In this document: positions 10,174-21,316 of the stretch, piece by piece | How the letters are laid out: every line of letters begins with the position of its first letter | How positions within the stretch are numbered: position 1 is the stretch's first letter | From: a virus | Taxonomy: Duplodnaviria; Caudoviricetes | DNA: 64,000 nucleotides | Reading direction: 5' to 3' (one strand) | IMG/VR virus record: IMGVR_UViG_3300033121_000493 | Location: 138,583 to 202,582 of that record | Program-made: the position numbers and the translations under genes | The notes under the pieces: model-generated | Database searches by the model: none | What the model saw: only the letters and a program-made list of their open reading frames with translations | Told to the model about the DNA's origin: nothing

Positions 10174-10914
10174 CTACAGTGGTGGGTAAACCGTTGTTGA
10201 TATGCCGTTATATCTATTTGCAAGCTCTATCGCTAAACGGCTCACTGCATCCGCATCAAACTCCAAGAGAGTTACAACAGAATTGTCCCCAGGCTGTACC
10301 ATACTTTTTAGCATAGTATCATGCTCGATGTCTTGCACAGACTGTTCAGGATGCGTGTTAACAGCATAAAGTTTACGTATATCTATATCAATCGTATACG
10401 GTACATAGTCACCGCCAGTATACAATTTAGCCGTTGATGGAAAAATAGCATAGCGGCGCTCTCGGAGCATTGTCGTAATTTTAACAGTAGGCCACTCACT
10501 GGAGAACTTTAAGCTTGTAAACGGGGTTTTTTCATCTTTAAACATTTTCTCTGCGCGCGTAAGATTTTTGGCCGCAGGGTGAATTTTGATACACATATTA
10601 TAGTTGTCGTATAGATTAGTCAGTGCTAGCCAAAAATAGTCAGGCTCGCCTAGTTTACAATCATCTTTAGACCTAGTGCTAATGTATGTAAGCGACGTCC
10701 AGCGAGAGTGCGCCAGCGCACGTACATAAGATATATGCTTAGCGGTAGTTTTAGAGTAAGTGTTAGTAGTTATAGAAACACCATTAAAATTGTTCCACCT
10801 GGCTATTTCATACCAGCCATACGAATATAGACTGGCTCCATCAGATACTAAGTTCTTTGATTTAGCAGAATCTCTTTGGAAAAAAGCTTCGACTACACTT
10901 TTATTCGTAATCAC
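10174..10914 (-). CDS. Phage hypothetical protein
   Basis: LYSYGWYEIA...YSKTTAKH pattern recurrent in phage proteins. Confidence 0.55.
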   Translation of the reverse strand: MITNKSVVEAFFQRDSAKSKNLVSDGASLYSYGWYEIARWNNFNGVSITTNTYSKTTAKHISYVRALAHSRWTSLTYISTRSKDDCKLGEPDYFWLALTNLYDNYNMCIKIHPAAKNLTRAEKMFKDEKTPFTSLKFSSEWPTVKITTMLRERRYAIFPSTAKLYTGGDYVPYTIDIDIRKLYAVNTHPEQSVQDIEHDTMLKSMVQPGDNSVVTLLEFDADAVSRLAIELANRYNGISTTVYPPL

Positions 10915-11336
10915 TCAAACCCCGTAAATTTCTTTGGCCTGTTGCCACGTGGCTGATCCGCAGCCGTACCTCCAATAATGGCCATAGCTATATCATTATC
11001 AAAGTTTGAAAAAACATCTTGTCTAAGTTTACTAAACAAGTCCGCAACGGCTGGCATGTTACTTGAGTGGAAACCGTAATACGAGCCAGCGTATGTAGTC
11101 ATCGTTATGTCTAAACCATCTATATTACAAGATCTACCATGTGATTTAATAAGATTTGCTATAGCGTCAGCTATGAGCGCTAACTGTATGGTTTCGCCCG
11201 TTTTGGGTGGGCTTTCTTTAGTTATACGTACAGTGTTTAAAACAGCTTTCTTGTAGTCTCTTACTGCTTCAACTACTTGAGTATACGACAATTGCATCTG
11301 ATAGCTTCCAACACGAAATAACATCTTTAACTGCAC
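10911..11336 (-). CDS. Hypothetical protein
   Basis: ORF overlapping neighbours in the operon; start uncertain. Confidence 0.45.
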   Translation of the reverse strand: MQLKMLFRVGSYQMQLSYTQVVEAVRDYKKAVLNTVRITKESPPKTGETIQLALIADAIANLIKSHGRSCNIDGLDITMTTYAGSYYGFHSSNMPAVADLFSKLRQDVFSNFDNDIAMAIIGGTAADQPRGNRPKKFTGFE

Positions 11337-11536
11337 ATTCGATTGCTACTATCATATTGTTTGTGTACAAGAATGTAAACGTAGCGTACGCCACAGGCCG
11401 CACAAAGAATTCACCCTGTACACTAATGTGCGTACGTGATCGACGTTTTGATACGCGCAATAAAGCGCCAGCGGCCATATCCAGCAAGACTTGCTTTGTC
11501 GCTTTGTTGCATTTAAACACTTCAGACGAAAATTTA

Positions 11537-12121
11537 TCAAACACTACGATTGATAGAGTGTTCCGTCGAAAATTTTCCATCTGGGTATCTCTTGTACAGC
11601 TTTTTGAGATTTTCTGCGACAATATCGGCAAGAGTACCGGCACCAGTAATGCTGGCGATTGTAACTATTTTAGAAATAATTGCGTGCGCAGAAACATTAA
11701 CTTCAGATTTAACTTCATCAGTTATTGGATGCCCGTGAAAAGCTGTTCTTTTCGCGTGCCGTATAAATGGATTAGAGATAATTAGCAGCGTATGAAATTC
11801 TTGAATGGCGTCATCGTCATACAGCCAACTTGAGGCACTAGTTGTTATTCGCGCAGGATCAAACGTAGTCAACCCATACTGATACATGCCAACGCAGCAG
11901 TACCACAACAGGTCACCTAGCTCCTCACGTATATGAGCGATCTTAGTATCTTTATCAAGCCCAGCTTGTAGGCCTGCATCTGTAAAAAATATCTCAGCCA
12001 GCTCACCGAGCTCGTCTGCTACGCCTAGTCCGCAATTTGCAATCTTATCATTGATGGCTAGATTTTCGTTCATCAGACCAATCGCTTTAGCCTGATATTC
12101 TTGCAGTACTGTCATTACCAA
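11537..12121 (-). CDS. mazG: MazG-like nucleotide pyrophosphohydrolase
   Basis: GVADELGELAE...IREELGDLLWY; C-terminal NLKKLYKRYPDGKF. Confidence 0.85.
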   Translation of the reverse strand: MVMTVLQEYQAKAIGLMNENLAINDKIANCGLGVADELGELAEIFFTDAGLQAGLDKDTKIAHIREELGDLLWYCCVGMYQYGLTTFDPARITTSASSWLYDDDAIQEFHTLLIISNPFIRHAKRTAFHGHPITDEVKSEVNVSAHAIISKIVTIASITGAGTLADIVAENLKKLYKRYPDGKFSTEHSINRSV

Positions 12122-12133
12122 AAACTCCTATTG

Positions 12134-12592
12134 TTAACCTGGTCGAGCGCGAGAAGGTAGACGGTCTATGATACTGTCTAGCCGTCTACGTAGCGCTTCA
12201 AACTCTTCTGTTGCAGCTGATTGCTCTTTCAATGTATTAACAATCGTAGGATAGCTATGTACGAATGCCACGATTTCTTTGGTTATATCCAGCAAATTAT
12301 CGTACTTGGTTGTTAACGTAAGCATCGCAGTAGTGATGGTACGACACTCGACGGTTAACGCCGCGTTTATTTCTTTGATCGATTTAAGATCCGCACTCAA
12401 CGTGCGTATTGTCTCTATGAGAATTTTAGTTGAATCGTCATTGTTTTCTTTTTTCTTTATTATGCCAAAGTCCATTAGACCTTTTGCAAATATGAACAAA
12501 CATACTGCAATATAGGCTACGTCCTGTGGTGACCAATCAATAGCGGCTAACAGACTACTGGACAATAGTACCCCCGACATGTATCCCAGCAT
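12134..12592 (-). CDS. Membrane protein with coiled coil (holin-like candidate)
   Basis: N-terminal hydrophobic segments followed by heptad-rich helix. Confidence 0.45.
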   Translation of the reverse strand: MLGYMSGVLLSSSLLAAIDWSPQDVAYIAVCLFIFAKGLMDFGIIKKKENNDDSTKILIETIRTLSADLKSIKEINAALTVECRTITTAMLTLTTKYDNLLDITKEIVAFVHSYPTIVNTLKEQSAATEEFEALRRRLDSIIDRLPSRARPG

Positions 12593-12765
12593 AATACCAC
12601 CGCCATTTGCTAACGGACAATCATGTTATGACAATTACAACTTTGATATCACATGTAAAGTTACGATAATCGTAAACAAAAACAGTGTCGTATCAAGGCT
12701 GCTACATCGCTTCGCGCGTTCGATTATATCACGCATAAAGCACACTGTGCAATTTTACGCAACCA

Positions 12766-13032
12766 CTAGAGTTGGATGTCAAGATCGTTAAAAAGTGCCT
12801 TGCCGTCATCGTCAGTCTCCTTATTTGGTAGACCGGCATTTATATTAGCCTTTACGGCAGGCGGCGTATAAGGAATGTTTAACTTATTAAAAACACGTTT
12901 CTTATCATCTTCATTATCTAGAGCCGACACAATAAGCCAATGTGTTCCGCATAAATTAACGCCCAAGTATCTTACAGCGTCGCCTTGTTTTGTACATTTA
13001 GGCCAACCGCACATATCGGACTGGTCAGACAT
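12766..13032 (-). CDS. Small Zn-binding hypothetical protein
   Basis: CGWPKC...LCGTH; GGAGG RBS upstream. Confidence 0.55.
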   Translation of the reverse strand: MSDQSDMCGWPKCTKQGDAVRYLGVNLCGTHWLIVSALDNEDDKKRVFNKLNIPYTPPAVKANINAGLPNKETDDDGKALFNDLDIQL

Positions 13033-13041
13033 ATACCTCCA

Positions 13042-14148
13042 TTAATACTCAATAATTCGGCTACCAGCCGGATTAGAAGTTTGTAGGTTGATTGGGACAA
13101 ACGCAGCGCTAAGCACAGACGTGTAATAGATGTTTGCCGAGGATGGCGTCATAGTTACACCGTCTAAAGTTATATTGTTACCGCCGTCGATATCAACTGC
13201 GCGTGGGTTCGGATTACCTATCGTGTTTGTGTACTCAATAGTCAGATTCTTCAACCAAGTAAACCCAGGATACCGCACAGTACCGGACTGGTTACGCTTT
13301 GAAAGTTTTACGCCAATAGTGGGTTTTGTTGTGTTAGGCCGCACAACGGTGTCTTCCACCACAGAATTACCGATATATCCGTAAATGAAAATCTCGGAAT
13401 CGGTTACGCCATCTTGGCAATTGTACGTCACGGTACAGTTACTTATTGCGTTGTTAATACTATTACCTACGGCACTTGACGACGCATCTAAGTAAATACC
13501 ATGTTGCATATTTTGAGACGCTGTGAACTTATTAGCTAGAAATCCGTGTAAGTCGTAACCTACGACGTGTAATCCGTCTCCAGCACAACCTGTAGCAGAA
13601 CACGAATACAGACTAATCCGCTCACCGGCATAAGTTGCGCCATTAAAGAAAAACCCATGCTCTGGAGCGTTATATACGTCTACATTAGATATAGCCGAAG
13701 CTGGTCCAGCTTTATCTATGCGTATCCCGCCACCATACAGCTTAAAATTAGATACATAACAGTCATATAGCGATACGCCTGACTCGCCAAACAGGATGGC
13801 GTAACTACCAGTGCCAGTGTAGTTTATTGTAGTGCCTTCCGGATGTCCGCGTAGCAAATTGTTAAAGGATACCGTAATAGGCTTATCTAGTGTAACTATG
13901 CCTGGTTGCAGATTAACAGGGCGATTAGCGTCTAGCTCTGTCTGTATCTGATCGGCCGATGTGTACTGCGTATACGCACTAACGGTAGTAACCTGCGTTA
14001 GTTGTTCGCGATCGCCGCGTCGCGTGTCTGGTCGGATAATAGCAGCGCCGTCCAGCGATACTATGTCGCGTTCAGCTACAGGATTAGGTGCTTTTGGTCC
14101 AGCATTTGGATCAAATCCTAGTAGATCTGCAACAGTTTTAGTACCCAT
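13042..14148 (-). CDS. Right-handed parallel beta-helix (pectin lyase-like) protein; tailspike/depolymerase candidate
   Basis: IQTELDA..VNLQPG, LRG, repeated NxxxG[IF] beta-helix turns. Confidence 0.75.
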   Translation of the reverse strand: MGTKTVADLLGFDPNAGPKAPNPVAERDIVSLDGAAIIRPDTRRGDREQLTQVTTVSAYTQYTSADQIQTELDANRPVNLQPGIVTLDKPITVSFNNLLRGHPEGTTINYTGTGSYAILFGESGVSLYDCYVSNFKLYGGGIRIDKAGPASAISNVDVYNAPEHGFFFNGATYAGERISLYSCSATGCAGDGLHVVGYDLHGFLANKFTASQNMQHGIYLDASSSAVGNSINNAISNCTVTYNCQDGVTDSEIFIYGYIGNSVVEDTVVRPNTTKPTIGVKLSKRNQSGTVRYPGFTWLKNLTIEYTNTIGNPNPRAVDIDGGNNITLDGVTMTPSSANIYYTSVLSAAFVPINLQTSNPAGSRIIEY

Positions 14149-14157
14149 CCGTAACCC

Positions 14158-15282
14158 CTAGACATTAACAATTTTATTGTCGGCCAGTAAATTTGTATTC
14201 AAATTAGTTGGCTTATAGTCATTTTGTGGCGATCCGTGCCAGCTAACAAGGGCAGACGTATTGCCTGCTATAAACAACGACTGAATAATAGACCTATACG
14301 CGTTCGTAAACTTAGCGGCATATGTTGTCTGCGCGGTAACTGTATTGGCGTATACAAATACGGCCTGGCCTATCACAACGTTTCGCGGCTGTAGATTCGT
14401 AGAAGATATTGTTGTGTCACTAAAATCCATAGCTGTGATAGGAACGGCGGTACGATACGACTCGAAGTGCGTTGTTGTGATTAGTGCGTCATGGAATCCG
14501 CCCACAACCTTTAATTCAGCTGGATAGTCAGAATTTGAACCGTTACTCTGTAATGTTGAGTGGTCTATTTTGAAGTTTGTAACTATGCCGGTAGCTGCGA
14601 CTGATCTGATAAATAGACCGTATCCAGCATTATTTTCACTGGCTAAATGGGTAAACGTTAACCCATCTAGTGTGTGCGACGCTTCAACCAATACACCGTG
14701 TAACGGATTACCGTACGTGCCAAACGACCTAATCGTGACTGGACCGTCAAACGCCCCATCGGCGTCAGTGACGTATAACGCGGCTTGCGCGGCGTCTGTT
14801 ACATAGACACTCGACACAGCGCAATCTGTGCCGCCATTGACAATCTTTAATCCGGCATCGTCTATATTTATGTCTTCTATTAGACCTGCGTTACATGGGA
14901 TACCAGCTTCACCCAGCACAACTGCGTAATTGCCAGCTCCAGTGTAGCGCAAAAGTGTGCCAAAATTATTACCAACGAGCCGCTGTCCGGCTCTAACTAC
15001 AATGGGCGTAGATACGTTTATTGTTCCTGTAGGCAGCAAAGCGTAACCACTAGAATCCAGTGCTGCCTGAATCAGCGCCGCATTAGTCAAACCTGACGAA
15101 TAATCTTCTTGTACCACTACAAGTGTCGGTAATCTACCACCACGGCGCATATCTGGAGCTGGACCAGTGCCACCAGGATTACTTACTGGCTGAATAAGAC
15201 CTGCCCTAGGGGTAAGGTTAGGAGCCAGATACGGTAACACAGTAAGGCCACCGAGCTCCTGCATCGCTGTTCTGGTTCCCAC
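14158..15282 (-). CDS. Right-handed parallel beta-helix protein, paralog of 13042-14148
   Basis: IQAALDSSGYALLPTG, LVG, YTGAGNYAVVLGE; GGAG RBS with GTG start. Confidence 0.75.
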   Translation of the reverse strand: MGTRTAMQELGGLTVLPYLAPNLTPRAGLIQPVSNPGGTGPAPDMRRGGRLPTLVVVQEDYSSGLTNAALIQAALDSSGYALLPTGTINVSTPIVVRAGQRLVGNNFGTLLRYTGAGNYAVVLGEAGIPCNAGLIEDINIDDAGLKIVNGGTDCAVSSVYVTDAAQAALYVTDADGAFDGPVTIRSFGTYGNPLHGVLVEASHTLDGLTFTHLASENNAGYGLFIRSVAATGIVTNFKIDHSTLQSNGSNSDYPAELKVVGGFHDALITTTHFESYRTAVPITAMDFSDTTISSTNLQPRNVVIGQAVFVYANTVTAQTTYAAKFTNAYRSIIQSLFIAGNTSALVSWHGSPQNDYKPTNLNTNLLADNKIVNV

Positions 15283-15356
15283 ATATAGCTCCAGCTAACA
15301 TTAAACCCGAGTATCAAAATGCAGTATAGCCCGTTTTTTACTACAACGCCAAAACT

Positions 15357-18016
15357 TTACAGCTGACGAACTAAGCCATAACGGCGTAAGAGACCGGCTC
15401 GTCTAAGTTTTCGTGATTTTTGATAGCGCAACGCTGTAAGAGATTTAGTATAAGTAGCTATGAGATCTTCTAAATTTTTGATCTTATCATCAAGATCGTC
15501 AGTAGTGCCGACTATATCACGAGGGCACCACGTGCCTAAACGCTTTAAAATACTAGACTTAACGACAGCACACCGACTCAACGAGTTTTCCTTTTCTGTT
15601 TGCGTTTTCCAAAGCTAGACCTGAGCCGCAGTCTAAAGGCGTTAATACGCTTTAAGCTCAGAACACTGGCCCGACTAACGCCTTCTATAACGCGGAACAG
15701 ATTAATGTATTTCTCGCAAAAACTAGACTCGTAAAAAGTATCATTAAGCCTTGAAAATGGGTAGTCTATTGGCGACGAATCCTCAAATAAACCAGCAATT
15801 TCATCCAGCATAAGCGAAGACTTCGCACAAACCTCATCACCTACAGACTCAAATCTAATAGCGAAGCTTTTTTTACTACGGTATATACGCCGATCATTAC
15901 AGTCGTAATCACGTGCGTCAAGATGAAATATTACTGCTGGATTGCTTTGCCCGACTGTTAACCATTCCCAGGCCAACTTATCATGACGACTACTACTCAA
16001 CGAGTTTTCCTTTTCTGTTTACGTTTTCCAAATAACCGTCTAACCTCCAACCTTATTAAATTAGCAACTTCTAACATATAAGCATGGCGCAAACCAACTT
16101 GACCTATATGTGCACACAGACGTCCAAAGTTATCAAAAAATAACGAATCATAATCGGCATGTCTTGCCGAGTAGTGTAGTCGTAACACACCACGTACCCA
16201 ATATCCAATTCCAGTTATGTACGATAACTGTTCAGAATTAGTACATTCTATTTCGTCACCTGTGGGCGTAAATATAACAGCAAAACTTTTTTTCTTTCTA
16301 TAGAATTTTTGCCATTCTTCCTTAGCGTTTAAGACATCGTGAGGTGAAAAACCGGCAGAGGTTAAACGCAGCACGACTGTGCGGGTGGTATCTACAATTA
16401 ACCGCCAATATAGCTGGTATAGTTCGCTATTCAATTACTCACTCCTCGAATAGTATTGTGTAAAGCTGTGACCGTAACTTGTTAACCCGATGTAAAGCCT
16501 CCAAATTTGCGATACTGGCAGCGCTTATACACATGGCAAGCGCATGAAAATTGCTCCAGAAAATTTTAGCGTACATAGCAAGTCGCGCCGACTCGTATGT
16601 ATCGTTAAATATAGTTGATATGGCTATGTTGGTTTGCATCTCCATATCGCGAGAAAACAGTGACGTTATTTCATCACCATTTGACGAAAAAGTAATACTC
16701 CAGCTTTGCGGCCGAGTAGAAAACCGTCGCGCGTATATCGGATGGTTTGACGAGTCGGCAACGAGTTGCTGGGCGACTGATGACTTAGGAGCGCGTAGCA
16801 TGCACACTACAGTTGCAATATCCGTATTGTATATATTCCAAACAAATTTAGTGTTCATATACCACGAATAGCGCATATATACGCAACTCTGACAGCATGG
16901 CCTACAAGATAACCGCGCCTAGCAATTGCGGTAATTATAGTTCTATCCCAACTGTAGGCCGTAGAGATTAAAGACAAATTAATCTGCATGTCGTATGACC
17001 TTGGGCTTGCCACATTAAAAAACAGAGAGTTCTCAATTTTAATATAAGGCACGCCCAGGTAAGATAATATATTTAGCATCATTGACGCTTTTTACTAAAC
17101 GCGTCTTTACAAAAGTCTAGTACAGAATCAGTGATAACCGTAACACGGATAGAGACCGTCAAACGTGTAAGATCAAAAAACAACCGATCAAGATGAGCAC
17201 GTGTGTCTAACAGCCTTTCAAAACAGTAATCTAAGGCGTAGCTATGACGCCTAGCTAGCGCTGTAGAGCTATTGTCCTCAAACTCGCCGGGCATAAATCT
17301 AAAGAAGTCAGACTGGCGATTACGTAAAGATAATGCTTCCCAAATCTTAATTGTTGCTTCAGTCGGCTTTTGCACGGTGTAGGCTAGCCCTGGCTCGTGG
17401 GGTTTACATAGGCTGTGAAAACATAGATCTAACTAAACAACACGAAAATTCATTCTAACGCTCCTTGCAGCACGCTTTAGTATAGTCACTATACTGTCGA
17501 CGTATACGCCAAGTGGAGCAGCGTATTGCGCAGTATTCCACTTGCTAGCAGAATAAGTATCAAACTCGACAAAACAAATCTCCAGGGCTACATCGTAAGA
17601 CAATGCTTGCATATTACCCTTATTACCATGAAAAAATGTAGCAGTACCGATATAAATAGAGGTACGATCACTCTGTATCGAGGCTTGAGCTATAGATAAC
17701 ATGCCTACTTTAGACAACATCACGACCATGCCTTTGCGCAACAACTACTGTGTATCTCGCTACAGACTGTCGAAGTGTAGTTACCCACGACGTGCGAATG
17801 AGTAGATTGGTTAAAAAGCTCAGTAAAACCAGTAGGTACGCTAGTTTCAACCACGTCACACACGTAAAAATTCAAACCAAAGCTACGCTTTCGGTATATA
17901 GCCGGTTGAGTACCGTCATGTCCAGATAGCACAAATGTAAAATTTGTCGAACAGCGTGGGTCGCGGTTTAATATACTTTCCCAAATCTTAATTGTTGCTT
18001 CAGTTGGCTTTTGCAC
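15357..18016 (-). other. Array A of 8 short ORFs, mostly diverged paralogs
   Basis: Shared KKSFAxxF/GDE motifs, identical C-termini FGKRKQKRKTR and identical N-termini MQKPTEATIKIWE. Confidence 0.7.
15576..16032. repeat. 38-nt direct repeat (15576-15613 and 15995-16032, 37/38 identical) at gene junctions
   Basis: actcaacgagttttccttttctgttt[g/a]cgttttccaaa. Confidence 0.95.
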
Positions 18017-18018
18017 GG
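17337..18018. repeat. 41-nt direct repeat (17337-17377 and 17978-18018, 40/41 identical) at gene starts
   Basis: ttcccaaatcttaattgttgcttcagt[c/t]ggcttttgcacgg. Confidence 0.95.
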
Positions 18019-19287
18019 CGCAGTTTTGATCTCGCTCTCAAGGTTTTGTATGCGCGATAAAAATATGGCTCAAAGCTTAATTGGTCGCACGGTATCCACA
18101 CTTCGCTACACTCGTTAGCTATTGAAATGTTTTTATGCCAGCTGACATGGCGACACTTTGCTATCTTGTAATTGGCGTGCTCTAGCACTTCTAAAACAAC
18201 GACACGGCGTACACCGCCCTCAGCCCACATGAGCTCAGATGCGATATACGCCGTGTCGCCTGGTTTGACATCAGCGACGACAACAGCCTGTTTAAATTTT
18301 CTGGCTTGACGCGCCATAGTCAAAGTACATTAACAAGCTCGTCTGACACTAGTACCCACGTTTGCGGCGGGTCATCAAACGTCTCTATATTTACAGAAAA
18401 ATTGCCAGACTCTTTACCAGCCTGCGCAGCTAAGATGCTGACAATTTTTACAAGTTTACCATGCGTGCTGTGACCTTTTTTGTTAACGTAAACTAGACTG
18501 CCTTCTTTCAGTCTACTACTGTTCTTGTTGTAGTTTGACATCTTGAAGCAACCCGTCGTCACTAGAACAAAGATCATCAAACAATTTAAAATCGGCATCA
18601 TTATCTGTTTGCATAGCCTCTACTGTAACCGTAGGCGCAGGAAACTCTGATACAGTTAAGTATTTAGACGATGCGCCTGCGTACTTAGTGGCGTACACTT
18701 TATCAAAGTATAGTCCAAAGTCTCGGGCGGTTCCGTGTACGTTGAATCTGGCGTTCGCTATCTTAAGAATGCAACCTATGATGCGTACAGTTCCGTCCCC
18801 GTCAAGCAATCTTACCGACAAGACACCAGTTAAATAATCGATCAGAAATTGAAACCTGGAGTCTGACGGCGCAATCTTATTAAAATCACCTTTACCTAAC
18901 GCTACAGGAACACCTGTCGGGTCGGCAAAGAAAAACGCTACACCGTTACTGGTGATAAAATGTAAACGATATACACCTTTGTTAATACGGTCGTTATCGG
19001 TGTCCACAAATACATTTACTTGTGGATATTTTAAGAGTTTATGTTCAGGTATCAGCATCGACAATACCTGCTACTAAATCGTTATCCGCTCGCGTACATT
19101 CGCTGTCCTCGACTTCAACGGTAAACAGACCACTGGCGATTTTGCCAATAGGTTTACCGGATTTGTCTACAAACTGGATGATAACTGAGGCTGCACTAAT
19201 AGTTCGCTCTATGTCACTGGTACTACCAGACATAACAAACATACGCATGCAGCCTTCAATAATAAGAGATACTTCAAATTCACGCAT
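18000..19287 (-). CDS. Four hypothetical genes (18000-18323, 18320-~18541, 18516-19064, 19045-19287)
   Basis: Overlapping stop/start packing; the first two have SH3/KOW-like patterns (VKPGDTAYI, LKEGSLVYV). Confidence 0.5.
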
Positions 19288-19289
19288 GG

Positions 19290-19994
19290 TTACTCGGCTT
19301 CAACGACCGCCTTAACCTGGTCGATACGAGCATCAATTGCCGCTTTAAGCTCTTCAAGTTTAGTCAGCACATCCGTACTAATAGTAATGGTATTCTGCTT
19401 AACCTCAGCGTTATCAATGCTGTTAACCTTGTCGCCGATACCGTCCAGCCAGCAAATTTGCTCTACGGCTTTATCTGCCGTACGTATGAACTTGGCTAAC
19501 GCAGCCGTAAGCTTAGCTGGCTTACGCGATTTTTTAGCCGTTCGCCCGGTGAGCTCGTCAAGCTGGTCTGGAAACTTATCGTTAGTAAGGTTGCCCTCTT
19601 TTAGTGCTTCAATAGCTTTGTTTTGCTTATCTTCGTCCTTAATGGACATAATAAGATTCATCATTCTTATTGACGGCGGGTTGTCAGACTTAGCTAGCGT
19701 TTCAATCTCTTCAACCGTCATCTTACTGGCTAGCCGCATAGACAGTTTAATAGACTGCTTTTTACAGTTAAAATTAGCGGCAATATCGTCTAACGATCGC
19801 TGCCCGTAAACGTTAGGCTTAGTCAAAATAGTATTAGCTGCATTACCGCGTAGATACATTAACTTGATATTAGATCCCTGAACCTGATTTTCTTTCTGCT
19901 TGAGCTCTTTGACGCGGTTAATAAACGCCGTGTTCTGATCCGACGTAATAGCCACAGCCGCTTGCTTAGCAGACTTTTCTTTCTTCTTAGCCAT
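19290..19994 (-). CDS. Basic helical protein, possible DNA-binding
   Basis: K-rich; YGQRSLDDIAANF HTH-like segment; GAGG RBS. Confidence 0.5.
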   Translation of the reverse strand: MAKKKEKSAKQAAVAITSDQNTAFINRVKELKQKENQVQGSNIKLMYLRGNAANTILTKPNVYGQRSLDDIAANFNCKKQSIKLSMRLASKMTVEEIETLAKSDNPPSIRMMNLIMSIKDEDKQNKAIEALKEGNLTNDKFPDQLDELTGRTAKKSRKPAKLTAALAKFIRTADKAVEQICWLDGIGDKVNSIDNAEVKQNTITISTDVLTKLEELKAAIDARIDQVKAVVEAE

Positions 19995-19996
19995 GC

Positions 19997-21298
19997 TTAT
20001 TCTTCCTCTTTTATCTTAAACACTTTGCAAACCTGTGCGTCCGATATGCCTGACGCAACTTTAGCTACCTTTTCCCAGTCCAAGTTGACCATCTTACCTG
20101 CGATCATATTCAATTGAATACGACGAAGATGGTCATCCGTGGCGCGTGCTACACGTGTAAATGCGTTTTGAACAACAAACGCCGACAATTCGGACGTGTT
20201 AAGCGCGCTGCGCTCAGCGGCAGTCGCTACCGCCATTAGCCGAATATCTTTATTAGCCAACATGCCTCTAAAGAAAGATGCGGTAGCAATACACAGCCGC
20301 TCTAACGCATACTCGCTATCAGTAGTAAAAATAGTAGTCTTTAGCGCAAGCAGTTTTTCAATCGCAATATCGACTAAAGGAATCTGCTCGTGAACAAAAT
20401 CTTTCAACTTACTACGCAAGCTATCAATATTCGACACTGCGTTGTGTGTAACGTGCCAGCTAGAATCAAAGACGGAAACGCCTCGATTCCTAACACGAAA
20501 AACAAACGGCATAACACCAGCGCGGCGGTTGCCTACTTCCCCCGAGAAAAAGTACAGACCGCCGCCGTACTCACTCTCTTGCTCTACACGGCAGATGTCA
20601 GGCAACAACATCGCACCAGTAAGCAGATCGCCGTCAAAATACAAATCCGAAACATTACCGGTTGGACATAACTCAAATAATTGCTCCATGAGCCACAGAT
20701 GACTAATGTCATCTCTGAAAGCCGAGTTAAGAACAGCTCTAGCGGCCCAATTGTTAGGCCACACGCCAGACACATCTGGCTTAAGCATACGCAGCTTAAT
20801 TTGTTTATGCTGTCGGTCTTTGGTAACAAACTTCTTATTAAACTCGGCGCACAAGTGCTCCAAAAGAAGTTTAGCTGTTTCTAGCCCACGCTCGGCGTTT
20901 GGATTTCCAAGCGTACGAAGAAAAGTACCAGACAGTGACTTAATATGAGTGTTTGTGACGATAAACCGAGACAGCGTGTTAAAGAAGGCTGGCGACATTT
21001 TCATCGTACGGTCGCCAAGCTTTAACTGTATCTGACGCTCGTCAATAACAAACTGCAAATCACTAACAAATCGTACTTCATCGTGTATGAGCGATGAGAA
21101 CCGCTTAACGTTGAGAACTACGTCGGAGCACGGCAATGTGTTTGCGGCAACGTGTCCTGTCAGAGTATCGAGCCCGTCTACAGTCTGAACGCGTAACTTA
21201 GCGCGATCAAACTGAGACAATTTAGGTATTTTCTTAGCACGCTCGATGAGTGTGCCTGTTTCTTTTATTGGCGCTGGAGCGACAGTCAAAGTAGTCAT
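19997..21298 (-). CDS. DUF932-like protein
   Basis: GGLYFFSGEVGNRRAGVMPFVFRVRNRG resembles the DUF932 NSExG...RxxCxNG region, with the Cys lost. Confidence 0.55.
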   Translation of the reverse strand: MTTLTVAPAPIKETGTLIERAKKIPKLSQFDRAKLRVQTVDGLDTLTGHVAANTLPCSDVVLNVKRFSSLIHDEVRFVSDLQFVIDERQIQLKLGDRTMKMSPAFFNTLSRFIVTNTHIKSLSGTFLRTLGNPNAERGLETAKLLLEHLCAEFNKKFVTKDRQHKQIKLRMLKPDVSGVWPNNWAARAVLNSAFRDDISHLWLMEQLFELCPTGNVSDLYFDGDLLTGAMLLPDICRVEQESEYGGGLYFFSGEVGNRRAGVMPFVFRVRNRGVSVFDSSWHVTHNAVSNIDSLRSKLKDFVHEQIPLVDIAIEKLLALKTTIFTTDSEYALERLCIATASFFRGMLANKDIRLMAVATAAERSALNTSELSAFVVQNAFTRVARATDDHLRRIQLNMIAGKMVNLDWEKVAKVASGISDAQVCKVFKIKEEE

Positions 21299-21316
21299 GT
21301 TTCACCATGTGTATAG

